Shown one piece after another: positions 12,917 through 25,810 of a DNA stretch of 64,000 nt. The stretch lies in assembly GCF_036321535.1 (NCBI RefSeq), contig NC_087437.1, positions 113,958,001 to 114,022,000 on the forward strand, in the 5' to 3' direction. Numbering within the stretch: position 1 is the first letter of the stretch; each line of letters begins with the position of its first letter. Source of the stretch: Camelus dromedarius (Eukaryota). A program made the translations under genes and the position numbers. The notes below the pieces were generated by a model. The model saw nothing but the letters and a program-made list of their open reading frames with translations. It searched no databases and had not been told where the DNA came from.

Positions 12917-13196
12917 TTTTTTTTTAATTTTTTATTGAAGTATAGTCAGTTACAATGCATCAGTTTCTGTTGCAGTGCATAGCATAATGTCCCAGACATG
13001 CATATACATGCAAATATTCTCATATTCTTTTTCATTAAAGTTTATTACAAGATATTGAATATAGTTCCCTGTGCTATACAGAAGAAATCTGTTTTTAATC
13101 TAATTTTGTATATAGTGGTTATCATTTGCAAATCTCGAACTTCTACCCTGTTTCCTCTTTGGTAAACAACCATAGGTTTATTTTCTATGTCTGTGG
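12917..13196 (-). mobile_element. Cetartiodactyl/camelid L1 3' end, copy B (5'-truncated)
   Basis: Second poly-T plus ATTGAAGTATAGTCAGTTACAATG...GAATATAGTTCCCTGTGCTATACAG...TTTTCTATGTCTGTG. Confidence 0.9.
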
Positions 13197-13559
13197 GGAA
13201 CATTGTTAACAACTGTTTTCGTTTTTTGTGTTTTGGGGTTTTTTTTAGTTTTAGGGTTCTTTTAATTTGTTTTGTAGTGGGGTAGGAGGTCACACAGTAC
13301 ATTTCATTGCCCAAATACACACGTTGCCTTCGAAAACCAGGGTAAACAGGCGTATTCTTTGCCTGAAGCCAATTTCTGCCTTCATACAGCTGTGTTTGGA
13401 TATGTAGATATGGTACAGAAATTTGGAAAATTACCACGTGAAATTATTGTTTATCTTTTCTTCTCAGGGGAACAAAGTTTTAAATAAGCTTTTCATTGAA
13501 GAATAAAAATCTCAGTGTCTAGCTAACTATGAAGTTATAAAATCATGGGATTCGGGCCA

Positions 13560-13675
13560 CAGAAAGAACACCAGGCTGGAAGTCAGAAACGTTCCCTGTC
13601 AGTCCTCACTGCAACCAGGGCGAGCTGGTGGTGACCCGGAGGAGTTCACACTACCTGCTGGGCCTCAGATCTGGC
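13560..13675 (+). mobile_element. MIR SINE fragment
   Basis: AGAAAGAACACCAGGCTGGAAGTCAGAA...GTGACC...GGGCCTCAG. Confidence 0.55.
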
Positions 13676-13875
13676 TCCATGGATTAGGAGGGGAAATCAG
13701 AATTTTTATACCTAAAACAATCCCACAATTCTTGCCATACTTCAGGGTAATGTTTTTAAAACCTTCCTTTCAAAAGAACTATTTTTAATCTTTAGCCTTA
13801 TTTTACAAGTAAATGTGTTATTCACAGAAGAACCACTGGATACAATTTTTCTAACGTACCCTTATGGTTTATAGT

Positions 13876-14202
13876 CAAGGTAGACAAACTATGATTTTCA
13901 GGGCCAACTGTTTTTGTATGGCCCTTGAACTAAGAATAGTTTTTATATGTTTAAATGGTTGGGGGGAAAAAAACACAGCCAAAGAGGATTTCAAAGCATA
14001 CAAAAAATATTTGAAATTCAAATTTCAGTGTTTATAAATAAAGTTTTATTGGAACTCAACTGCACTCTCTGGTTTCCTACTGACTGTGGTCGCTGTCATG
14101 CTGCAGAGGTCAAGTTGAATGGTTGTGACAGAGACCCCAGGGCCCAGGGAGCCTAAAACACTTTCTATCCGACCCTAGGGGGAGAGAGTTTAACACCCTT
14201 TG
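13876..14202 (+). mobile_element. MER58B hAT-Charlie non-autonomous DNA transposon
   Basis: TGTTTTTGTATGGCCCTTGAACTAAGAATAGTTTTT and TGAAATTCAAATTTCAGTGTTTATAAATAAAGTTTTATTGGAAC; degenerate terminal inverted repeats. Confidence 0.85.
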
Positions 14203-14324
14203 ATTTATAGTATTTGAAAACAAGTAGAAATTTGCAGAAAGACTATGTAAAGTTTATCAAAGCACTTAGAATATGCGAGGTACCGCACTAAGTGATTTGG
14301 TTGATTTTTTTTTTTTAAATACAA

Positions 14325-14470
14325 TCAGCCCCAGATTTTGGGATGAGGACACTCAGGTTTGCCCACGACATGTCCCTGCAGGCTTGCCGCACCACAGGGA
14401 AGCGGTAGAATTTGACTCCAGGTCTCTCTGATACAGAGCCTGAGCCTTCAGCCTCCGCTCCAGAGCACTC
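14325..14470 (-). mobile_element. MIR SINE fragment
   Basis: CCCCAGATTTTGGGATGAGGACACTCAGG...GAATTTGACTCCAGGTCTCTCTGA. Confidence 0.55.
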
Positions 14471-15054
14471 ACCTTCTTCAGTACGCCACTCAAAAGACAG
14501 GGGTCCTTCCCAGCAATACACAAAGTCCAGTCTGCACTGGGGATTACCAACAAAGTGATGCCCTCAGGACTATGAAAAATAATGCAAGTTGGCATATTTA
14601 ACTTGAATCCACCCATCCACAGAATGTGTAACAATGCAAAAGAGGAAAATTGAAGTTCATTATCTATTCAAAGTAGCAAACAGTGCATTGCCACATTGCA
14701 GAAACAGAGCCGTCTCCTCAGCGGTTCCAAGGAGCCCACCGATGGGTGAGCATTCATTCATGACCGAAGCGTCACTAGCAGAGAATAAAGTTTAAAATAA
14801 TAAAGACAGCATACTGAGCCTGGCATGGAACTAAATGATTCAGCTTAAAGCTAATCGTCTATTGTGAGATTGTATCCTCTCAAATTTTTGGTGTAAAATA
14901 TATTCTCTGGCATGAATAACCATGCGATACCATTGGCTTTTTTCCTTAATAGACTTACTTGGCAAAATAAAATGGAGACAACTCTATTTTGGTCCTTTGT
15001 CTGTTTTTTTAATGTCTTGGTCTGTGGAATCTTAAAGTCTGGGAACCTCTGGTT

Positions 15055-15330
15055 TACATGACCTTTGACCTAATAATTTGACTTCTAGGAAATGATTCTC
15101 TGGAAATAATGTGTGATGTAGGAAACAATTGGGAAATAAAAATATACACTGCAGCATTATTTGTAAAAAGCCAAATTTTAAAATAAAATTATGGGATGCT
15201 TAAATTATCATATGACAGTGTAGTCAGATGAGGAAATAACACGTGGTCACCAAAAATCTCTCGTCACATCTCTAGTGACATGGGAAATGCTCATGTACAG
15301 TGTTAAGGGGAGAAGAAACAACACACTCGT
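15055..15330 (+). mobile_element. Ancient L1 (L1ME-like) fragment
   Basis: ACCTTTGACCTAATAATTTGACTTCTAGGAA...CACTGCAGCATTATTTGTAA...GACATGGGAAATGCTCATG. Confidence 0.55.
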
Positions 15331-16207
15331 TAAGTATGATGGCAGCTTTATGAAAATTAAATGGACAATCATAATAGATGAAAAAGAGCCTAAGTGTATT
15401 TACAATTGTGTGTTCTGTTCAGATGAAGAATATTTTCTTCAACTGTCTTCTTTTCCAGCTAGCCTGGCTTTTTGTCATAAATAATCATGATTCTATGTGA
15501 AATCTTTGTTTTTTGGCCCCTTGCCTTTTATTTTCTCTTCCATTCTTCTCTTCCGTGTGTCCTCAAGGTCAGTGTTTTGGGAGAACTCGAAATGCTATTT
15601 TCTGCAGCGTTGACTCTGCAGTGAGCAGCCTGTGGTGAAGCTGCTCCTCCTCTGTTTCACCCTTCCTGTTCCATCTAGGTATCTGTTTATGTCACTGTCA
15701 TCTCTGCACAGCCCTCAGCTGCTGTTTCAGAGTGACCACATATCTTTGCATCCCAATTGCCAAATTACGTTCTTTTGGCTACCTTGGTAAACAGTGTTTA
15801 GAAGGCTTCCTCGGGCTAGGTTCCTCAGAATGACATGTGTTTCCTCTGGACCATGAGTGATTTTTGTAGGTTGTATCTTACCCAGTGTATTCCTCCTAAC
15901 CGAAGAGAGATCTCCACAGACACCATGTTTGCTGACAGGAATAGGTGGGCCTGGCCCCTTGCCCCCCTCACTGTCCACATGGGGGTCAGCCCCTCTCAGA
16001 TCAGCCGCCAGAGGACTGGGTGATGTCAGGCCCTGTTCCCAGGGCTCAACTGTGTCCCTTATTGTGGGTCTGCTGGACTAAAGTGGGATCTACCCCTGCC
16101 CTGTTGGGGTCTCTGCTGCTGTGAACCAATGATGACAACAGATTCCCTCGGCAGGAGGCACCAGACCGCTTGGTGTCCACAATCAACCTCTTTCATTCCA
16201 TCCCCAC

Positions 16208-16653
16208 TGTAGCAGGTTGAATTACATCCTCCAGAAATTCACATGGTGAAACCCTAACTCCCAGTAGCTTCAAATGTGAGCTTCTTTGGAAATCGGATCA
16301 TTGCAGATAAAATAAAGTCATTAGGTGGACCCAAATCCATTATGACTGGTATCCTTATTAAAAGGGGGAAATTTTAATACACACACACACACACACACAC
16401 ACAGAACATCGTGTGAAGATGAAATTAAGGATCAGGTTGATGCTTCGACAAGCCAAGGAACCAAAGTCTTTCACCAGCCACTAGACGAGAGGAGAGGGCT
16501 GGAACAGTTTCTCCCTCACAGCCTAGGAAGGAATCAAACTTACTGACCCCTTGATCTACAACCTCTGTTCTCCAGAATCATGAGAATAAATTCCGGTTGT
16601 TTAAGCCACTCAGCGCTTGGTGCTTGGTTACAGCAGCCCTAACAAGCTGCACA
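16208..16653 (+). mobile_element. MLT1B/C MaLR solo LTR with internal (AC)12 at 16379-16402
   Basis: TG...CA termini; 4/5 TSD CCCAC/CTCAC; motifs ATGACTGGTATCCTTATTAAAAGGGG and GTTTAAGCCACTCAG. Confidence 0.85.
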
Positions 16654-16659
16654 CTCACA

Positions 16660-17235
16660 CAAGTCCTTCCAGCCTCTGTGATCAGGCCTTGGTCACCCAT
16701 GGACTTGTCTTTCCCCAGCTCCACCCCCCTCAACTAACACTCAAGCCATGTTAGGAGTGCCTCCTGGTTCCTTCAGCACGCTGTGCTCTGCCTGGAATCC
16801 GCCCCTCACCCTCACTCTGACTGACCTTCCACGTACAACACAGCCTGGCCATGCTTGTCCTTCCCTGACTTGAAGATTCAGCCCAGAAGTCCAGGGCTGG
16901 GTTAGATGCCTTTTCTAAGATGACCAACCAGCTCAGTTTGGCTGGGAAGAGGTTTCTGTATTTTTAGCACTAAAACTAAGAGAATCTTGGGCAAACCAGG
17001 ACAAGTTGATCACCTCACCTTTCTCAGCACTCCCATAATTTCCTACACAAATCTTTCTATAAATTTTTTCTTCATAATCTTTTATTAGGGTGATCTGATT
17101 TATATTAAGATAATCTGATCTGATCAGACCCACACTAGACCCCACTGCCTCTCTGGAACAGTGCTTTCTGATACCTGTATCCCCAGCACTTCAACAGAGG
17201 AGGTGCTCAGTTAATTCTTTTAAATGAACGGATGA
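16660..17235 (+). mobile_element. L2 LINE 3' fragment (interrupted by MER81)
   Basis: CTCTGCCTGGAAT...TCAGCCCAGAAGTC...TGTATCCCCAGCAC...GGTGCTCAGTTAAT...ATGAACGGATG. Confidence 0.55.
16916..17015 (+). mobile_element. MER81-like hAT-Blackjack MITE
   Basis: Inverted termini AGATGACCAACC ... AGTTGATCACCT; internal TTTAGCACTAAAAC and GGGCAAACCAGGAC. Confidence 0.7.
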
Positions 17236-20200
17236 CCAAAAATTTGCCAAATTTCTTCGTGGTCACCCTTGCACAAATGCAGTCGTCCATTCATTTGCTC
17301 AGCATCCGTCCAAGGACTGCTATGTTCCAGGTGCCGCTCTCCACTGAGCAGCTTTTACACCCTCCTCCTTGACGAAGAAACCAAAGACCTCAAAGTGCCA
17401 GGACTCTAGAAATGTCCTGTGAAGTACCTACTTAATTTAACAGATACGCCAAAAGTGAACCACAGCTGCTCAGTACACTAACCAAGTCGTTTCCCAACAG
17501 CCGAAATGTGAAATTGATCATGTCCCTTGGAAGACTGAACTTCATCTAAAGGTTAATTGTTGTTGCTTTTGTAAACTACGTGTAGCCTCCATACTAAAAG
17601 TTGCTCTAAATCCCCTTTTTTAATTGATAGCATATGATACAAAAATGACTAATTTAAAGAATATTTTTCTGATAAATTATTACATAGTATTGTGAAATAC
17701 CTCTGTATTAAGTCAATAGTGAACATCTTTACATATAGTTACATATGTAGTATATATAACTGAGGTCCTCCAAAAGAATTATTAATATCTATTAACATTT
17801 TTCTGTATGAAGAGATCATTTTTTGGTTGTTAGAAAAGATTCTGCAAGGAATATCATTTTAAGAATATGTTTTTGTATATCTTTATTTACTCCTTTAGAA
17901 TAAGTCCTTAAAAGTGGGATTTTTCAGGCCAAATTCCATTTTGAAATTGCTTTGATTTAAAGATTCCATATATTTTTCTAGACTTGGAAGACAATAAAAA
18001 TATTTACAGACGATGATGGTCCTCTTGTATGAACTTGTGTGGATATTTTTCATTCTTTTCCCATTTTCACAATTCAATGTCAAAGATAAATTCATTGCAG
18101 ATCAAGAATCTTTTTGATGACAATATATTTACTTCTACCTAAAGGAGGATTATGGTGAAGACGTTGCATCTTGTTAAGTACAAAATTCTCTCTATATTTA
18201 CATTGTTTAGCAGAAAATAGTTTGAAAATGTAGAGTGGAGACAAATTGAATGAGTTAAAAGTACCAACGGCATTTTAGCTGTCTGACTGAAGAGACATTC
18301 CAAAATCTTGCAGCACAAGAAATACTTTGAAAGTCAGCCTTAAACTTAATCCCATAGGAGGGAGACTTGGCAAGCAAGTCAGCATCTTTCTTGTAACCCT
18401 AACAAGTTCACGGATTCCAGTAAGCTTCCATGCATTTTGCAATCCAGATTCTACCCCATGAATCTTTCTTTCTTTTGAGTTTATGAAATTTTCTAATTTT
18501 CCTAAAATGTCATACAAATCCTTTAACTGGTATATATCTCTCAATCATAAAAATGCCATGTCGATTTACAACCTCCAAAATCAATAAAACCTCCCCTCCC
18601 CGAGTAAAAGGGAGCAGGATCTGGAATCACTTAATGAAATGTACCTAATAATAATATGACAACAACATGCCACGTTATCATGGCTCCAACTCGGCTGAGA
18701 CAGCCTGGTCAGTACTTGGCTATCTTTGAAACAAAATCACATTCTTCAGGAAGTGGTGGTGGTAACTCAATAAGCAGCAGCTGTTCCTGGGTCTTTGAAA
18801 AAAAAAAAAGTTTCATCATTTGAACAGTGTTCAGTATCCAGCATTATGCCCCATTATAACTGAGGGCCAAAGTGGAAAACTCTAGTTTTCATAACGAGTG
18901 GAAAATCTCTGAGCAAATAAATAGGTGAAAAAAAATTTTTTTACTCCTAATCTGAGGATCTATCTCAGTTTCGATGTACTTTGTTCACATCAGTTTCTCT
19001 GTAATGTTAATTTGCACTTATTACCCAGAAATTCCATACACACAAAATGATTGCTCCGTTCCCTCCAATCTTAATAATGAGTGCTCCATGCCTGCGCCAT
19101 TTTAAAAGCTTTCTAAAGACCCTTTTAAAATGAAAGGTGATATCACTGAACGTAATGTTTATTTACAAGATATTATGATCCAAGTCTTCCAGAATGCTCA
19201 GTATAAATAACAACCCGGCAGCATGCGCTGCATTTAATAGAAATTTGATCCCATCAATTTTACATGATCCTACCAAGGAGAGTGTAGAATCCTAATGATG
19301 CTAATGAGAATCTGATATTGACAGAAGATTCATTTAAAAATAAAAATGGCCCGAAAGATGATTAAATCAGATGATGGCTTGTCAATACCCATCTAACATT
19401 AGGTCTCACTATCAAGATGACCAACCACACTTTCAATAACAGTAATAAATAGCGATTATGATTCCTGTGTTGTACTCAGGCAGAACTTTTCATCAGTGGC
19501 CCTAAAAAGATATGTATTCAATTATCTTCAGACTCTTTGACAGCTTGGGCTTGAAGTCTCTACTTCCAGGAGAAATCTAAACCAACATCATGTTCATCAT
19601 TGTGCTGAAATGGCTTTAGTCACGTTTACTCAACTGACTGCAGAGCTCACACTGTGTCCACCCAGATGACCTGGCCAGGAGGTCCCTCTGGAGTGGAGAG
19701 AGGATGACACAGACCAGATCATGATTCCAGTCGGATTCTCTCTCATGCCCTAGTTATCTCAAGAGCCGAGGGGTTTAGAGCAATCCAAACATCTGCTGAA
19801 ATTTACATGCTTTATTCCTGAATTAAAATTGCTAGAGTTTTCTTCCCATCTTTAAGGAAAAACGAGGAACAGCAAACTCATTCTAAAACATCTAGCTTTG
19901 GCAGTAGAAATACATATGGAATGACAATTTATAAATTATTGTATGTTCTCATCAATTTTGACACGTTATGCCTGTCAAAGACAATACTGTAGAAATTTTC
20001 ATTTGGATCAGCCTGTACTATCAGCTGTTGTATATCTATTCACTGGCATCTGACACAGTGACTACCAATGCCCCCGCGATCCCCTGCCTCACCAAGGGCT
20101 TAAATATTTATTAATAGACGAGGAAACTCACTCATTGTCCAGATCTGATTTTCTCACTTCTCCTGTACAAGAGACAGATAACCTTGAACAGGCTGATAGG

Positions 20201-22189
20201 ACAACCAGTCATATTCTGGTAGGAATGAAAATGAAGAAATATGTGAGGAATGACTGGAGAAAATGGAAAAATAGGCTTAAGAGGACTCCAAGGAGACATG
20301 ACCCCTGTTTCGAGTGTGCAGAGGCCCATGATGGAGAAAAGGAGGAAGTTCAGTCCATCCTGAAGAGGCAGCCAGAGCCAGGACGAGGACACCAGATGGG
20401 GGAACGTGTCAGTTCCCAATGGCAAAGCAAAAGTCATGAGCGTCCGATGGCATTGCCTAGGCAGGAATGCGAAAGAAGAGGAAGCATGTGTGTAATGACT
20501 ACGTAGTTGTGAATTCCGTAAATGGTCCCTAAGTACTAATTCTGAGCATTGGGCACGATGCAGGATGCTGGAGATATAAAAGCTGAGAAAAGATAGAAGC
20601 GGTGTGTGCCCAGGGATCTGAGCATCTAGTGTGTGGGAGGATTCTGGCTATCACACTCATATATGCAGACCTACACTTGTACTTCGAAAAAGTCACTTGG
20701 GCTCAAATGGAGAGTGGATTGGATGGGGCCAGGGTGTATCCAAGGAGATCAGAGAGGGGCTGCCCTAAAAGAACACTAGGCATCAGGTTACCACTGGGCC
20801 CAGAATCTTAACATCTTAAGATGTCTGTATTTGGAGTCCAGGAACTTTGCTTCATTCGCTTACTTAATTTAGTCAATATTCAGTGCGTTAAATGACATTT
20901 TGAAACTAGAAATTAGATTTGATGTTGTTATTATCAGTCCCCCAATTTTTCAATGCCTGTAATGTCACCGCTTTTGTTGCCAACAATATTTCCTTTTGAC
21001 TTCAAGAACATCATTCTATATTCTTAGCCACATGAGGGTAATATAATTGAACTTTGCAACAAGTTCGTCTATTGATTATCAAAATAATTGCCCGGGAAGT
21101 CAGTATTTATTTATTTATATCAATGATTGTCTTTAAATAACTGCATGCCAGATTTCACAAAACCACAAAATAAAGGTAACCTGAAAAATAAGCTATTTGG
21201 AAAGACTGCAAATCTTATGAGGAGCTTAAATTTTCTCACCTCCATATTTACATAATTATCTGCATACCTTAATGAAGCCAGTCTGCAATAGCTTCCTCAC
21301 AGAGTCCTATTAAAAATTAACGTGTTTATAAAGCCTTTATGCACAGAGTTTGGAGAAGTAAAGAAGGCGTTTCTATCATTCAAAGATGTTTTCTCTAAGT
21401 ATCGGATAGCAATGTCATTAATTTCCTAGTTTTTATAATGATTGGAAAACCTCTGGGCAAATAAATACATGGGTTTTTTTGTTGTTTTTTTTTTTTTTTT
21501 TTCCTTTTTGCTCTAGGGCTAGATGTTAACCCCTGTGAGTTAATTTTATTAAACCTTGTTAGTGATTTGTCTTTTTTCTTCTACAGAAGATACGTATGTA
21601 AAGCTATTAGTATGTATTCTTTCTTTAACAGTGATTTATTTTGTGGTTTAACTCAATCACTTACTAAAAGCTGAACAATCTAAGGTGGGCTTTTTGCTTT
21701 CTATAGGCACGTTTCTGTGTACTTCAGGCCTTTGCTGGGGTGGAGGGTGGGGAGAGATAGGAGAAAACTTTAAAGTGAAGGAACAGGATGAATCCCCAGT
21801 AGCATCAAGAGAAGGAGATGTGAACTTAAAGAAGAGTGTGGTGGAAACCGGAAGTTCCTTCTGTTTTTGCATGAGCTTCGCCACAGTGAGTCTAGCTTGA
21901 CCTTTGGTATTTTGATGATCAAAAACAAAAACAAAAGAAGATAAGCCAACAACAACAAAAACACATGCATACACCACTGGGATTTTTCTGTTAGGGGTTA
22001 GAGCTGTCAGTTGTGCAACGCGGATCTCGTACTTAAGAAAAGCAGACACACAGTGCTTGGGCAAGGCTCTGACCTTCCAGCCACACTGTGAGAACTTGGA
22101 CATAAACAAAAGCCAGGAGTCTCTGGAGTTAGAGGGAAATCCATGGACAGAGGATGCCCTCTTCCTCAGAGATATGTTCATTATGCACG

Positions 22190-22330
22190 TACATTCACTC
22201 ATCATCCATCCATCCTTCAGTGGACAAATGTCTCTTGAGTACCTCTGATGTGCCAGGCATTGTGTCAATGACTCTGCCATATTTCTGTGGAATGAATGAA
22301 GCAAATGGCATGGTGCCCGTTTCATGGCTG
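22190..22330 (-). mobile_element. L2 LINE 3' end
   Basis: CATTCACTCATCATCCATCCATCC...ACAAATGTCTCTTGAGTACCTCTGATGTGCCAGGCATTGTG. Confidence 0.65.
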
Positions 22331-22451
22331 TGGAAAGAGGGCAATGAAAGGCTGAAGGACTTGCCTTATGAAGAAGCAAAAAAAAAAAAAAACTAAAGTC
22401 AGGTTCTTGGGTTTCTTGTCCAGTTTGGGTTTGGTTTGGTTTGGCTTAGAA

Positions 22452-22660
22452 TAGTGGTCCCCAAGCAGGGGAAGAGCGACTGACAACCAGGGCAACGTCT
22501 GGAGACATTTTCGCTCGCCATGACTACAGAAAGGGAGGACCACTGCATCTGGTGGGTAGAGGCCAGGGATCTACTCAGCATCTTACAATGCACAGGACAG
22601 CCTCATAGCAAGGAATCATGGGGCCCAAAATGTCAACAGTGCTGCAGTTTAGAAACCCTA
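22452..22660 (+). mobile_element. MER20 hAT-Charlie MITE
   Basis: GGCAACGTCTGGAGACATTTT...GCATCTGGTGGGTAGAGGCCAGGGAT...TACAATGCACAGGACAGCC...CCAAAATGTCAACAGTGC...AGAAACCCT. Confidence 0.9.
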
Positions 22661-24019
22661 GTTCAAAAGGAGTATTTGGAAATTTTAGTTGATGCTCCAG
22701 AATTTATTTCCCTTATCTGGGTAATAAGAAAACTTCAGAAAAACAAAAAGTGAATTTCTTCTAAGCTGAAGTTGACACAACTGTTTGATTCTCATAAATG
22801 AGTCTAAATCTAAGTTCTCTTTTTTTTAAAAAAAGAAGTGCTTATTTCACAGACAGCATTTTAAAAAAAAAAAATTCCACAGTGTGGCTACCCACTGTCA
22901 CCACAAGCAGTAGCATTCTTATCTATCAGTGATGGCCTCTTGGTATGCAGTTACGGAATGTACAGCAGTCTTTTCTCACTGTTGTGTTAGGACATTCAAT
23001 CCACTTGCGGTTTCCCAAATGAAACTCTAGCTCCCTTGCTGTAAAAGTCACACGTTTAATGAAGTGTATTTACCATGTATTAGTAAGAATCTGGAGCTCA
23101 AGAAGACTGCACTGGCAGCAAAATCAACATCCTCATATTCAAGTAACCCTTCTCCCTCCCTCAGTGAGACGTCTGTGTGCTAAGAGTCAACTGGAAATTC
23201 CAGCCACTCCCGTGATGATGTTAAAAGATGTGGAGAGCGTTCACTGTGTTTACCTCGCATCTTTAGTTCCCAAACGCTCGTGGGAGGTAAGCTGGGGCAA
23301 GTCTCAACATCACTAACTATTTGCTGAACCGGTCACAGGGCAAGGCACTTAAGTATAAGAGCAAATGGCTTACTTCTAGAGATTTCCTGGCTGGGACAAT
23401 ATTGATTTTGTTGTTTACTTTATCATCAAATCACAGTCACATCATTAGGCCATTCCCTGGGATGAATGTTTCTAAGGACTATTGTTACATAATTTCGAAA
23501 ATAACTTACAGACATGATTTGCTCCTCAGACCTCCATCATCCTTTCAGTAAATGCTCAACTGAGGCCCTTTGTATGCCTGCTAAAAAACCCTGTCCAAAA
23601 ACAATTGTCTTATCAATGATCATGATAGCAAAGGAAAATGTAAACAGGAATATCTTAATTTCTTTCAAAGCATTCTGTCTGGTTTTCTCTAAACAACAGC
23701 ATGGAAAACCTTAGTCTTCAAGAATCTCATAAACTCATCACAGCCTTTGCACCAACACACTGGACTCCATGTTCTCTACTGTCTAATTGGATCTGACAAA
23801 TGTATTTACTTGAGACCAAAAATGAGTGTCTGAGTTTCTTATTTCTTAGTTTGTTCTCCCACAGGGACGTGGACAAATGGATCTTTGCTTCCCAAAGCTG
23901 GACAGTCTTGTGCAATGTACACAAATATTTCCAAGTGCATCACGGCACAGTGACATTATTTTTATGAAAGTGACAGTGATGTGTCAGGGTGAGCAAGACA
24001 GTATTAAAAAAGAATGTGA

Positions 24020-24271
24020 AAGTTCTGGTACATAATGTATAGCGCGTGACTATACTGAACAAAACTGTACTGTATTTTTGAAAGCTATTAAGAGTAAATC
24101 TTAAAAATCATCACAAGAAAAAAACCCCATAACTGTCTGAGGTGATGGATGTTAACTGAACATTATGATAATCATTTTGTAATATACACATATGTCAAAT
24201 CATTATGTTGTATCCCTTAAATTAATACAATGTTGTATGTATATTATATTTCAATAAAACCGGGTGGGGGG
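24020..24271 (+). mobile_element. L1MA9-like 5'-truncated 3' end with TSD
   Basis: GAGGTGATGGATGTTAAC...TCAAATCATTATGTTGTA...TCAATAAAAC; 10-bp TSD AAGAATGTGA at 24010-24019 and 24272-24281. Confidence 0.85.
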
Positions 24272-24619
24272 AAGAATGTGATGAAACAACAGAGAAGAAA
24301 AGTACAGCAGAAGCCACTTCGTTGACATTTAAAGAATTTATATTTTGGTACCCCTGGTCACGCCATCATATCCAGGCAGTTTCAATGTCAAACAAATGGA
24401 GCCTTGACCACATCCTGAGGGCCTGGAAGGAGCCATGGCGCCCTGGGCTCATCAGGCACAGGGAGGATGCGGGGAGCACTGGCATCTGCTGAAAACAGCT
24501 AAAACCTCCAGGAAATTCAGGTACAGCTCCAAGTCTTCTATAACTGAAAGTTTATTTAGATTCTAAAAGATGAGGTGAGAGGATTACAGAAGTGCTATTG
24601 ATATGAAATTTAATCTCTT

Positions 24620-24960
24620 AAGCATTCATTGAGCACCGCAAACGTTTGCTGAGCACCCGCATGCCTTTCTCAAGCACCCAGTCTCTTCCTGGCACCATTT
24701 TATACACTGAGGATGCAGAGAGAAAGGTGCACAGCCCTACTGCCCTCTCACAGGAGCTTACAGTCCACCGGGGAGACTGAGGTGTAGAGAAGTAACCGCA
24801 GGACGCTGTTAGCCACAGCAGAGAAGTGTGTGCAGAAAGGGAAACAGCGTGCATGAGGACCTGAAAACTCAGCCTGGAAAAGGTGACGTCTAGAGTTCTC
24901 AAGGATGACAATGACGGCAGTATTTGGATAAGGAAGGTGCTCAGAGAGAGCAGAGGTAAC
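24620..24960 (-). mobile_element. L2 LINE fragment
   Basis: CATTCATT...GTTTGCTGAGCACC...CCTACTGCCCTCTCACAGGAGCTTACAGTC...GGGGAGAC. Confidence 0.65.
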
Positions 24961-25439
24961 AAGTTCTAAGTCAATTTCACAACCGTTTACGGAGAACTCT
25001 CCGGGAAGAACACGGTGCAAAGGATGGATGAAAGGAAGGGAGGTCCTGCCTCCAGGGAACGTTCTATCTCCTACTTCATAGCAAATGTGAATGTTTGTAA
25101 CTCCTTGAGATTACAAGCACGTGAAAGATACACTAATTACCCTTACTTTCAATTCATTGCCTTTAATCTTCTCCTTCTGGTGCAGATGCGGTTACAGATC
25201 CTGCCAGATGTGAAAACAAATCGCCCCAGAATGATAAAGCAGCGATCCCAATAGCTGCGTAGCCAAACGATACGCAGAAGTTCGAGATGGAATTCAGTTG
25301 ATGAACACAGACATGGGAAAACGCTCAATCTCATTAGTGGTTAAAATATATACTCCTAAAATGTTGTAACTTTCTGTCTCTTATATTACCATACATTTTA
25401 TAAAATATTAATGTCTTAACCTGGGGACACTCTGGTGAA

Positions 25440-25810
25440 CCTCTATGTTCACACGTGGCACTTGGACTCCATATGTCTAGATCCTTGACCCCAAAAGAAA
25501 GGGGAGGGGAGACCTCTATGCACAAAGATGTCCACTTCAGCATTATTTATATTAACAAAAATAGGGAAGCAAACTGAATTTCCAATATTGATGGGAGAGT
25601 TAAATCGTGCTTCATTGTTTAGACAGGTTATAGCATTATAATTAAGGTTAAAATGTATAATCATAAGTTAAAACCTATTGTCACGTGGAAACATTTTCAA
25701 TATGATTACCAAAAAGGGTTAGAAAATGGCGTGTACACTTTGATTTCAGCCATATAAAATATTCATGTATCTAGAGAAAAATCAGAAAGAAATGCACAAA
25801 AATAGCAGTT
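25440..25810 (+). mobile_element. Ancient L1 (L1ME-like) fragment
   Basis: TATGCACAAAGATGTCCACTTCAGCATTATTTATATTAACAAAAA...GGAAGCAAACTGAATTTCCAA. Confidence 0.5.

Noticed and set aside
17895..18544. Two protein-looking minus-strand ORFs (...KNPTFKDLF; ...GKLENFINSKERK...)
   Set aside because: No protein recognised and no consistent spliced frame could be built by eye. BLASTX would be needed to revive them.
21657..22379. Longest ORF (240 aa, minus strand)
   Set aside because: Non-ATG start, runs through an L2 3' end and A-rich low-complexity sequence, and has no recognisable domain.
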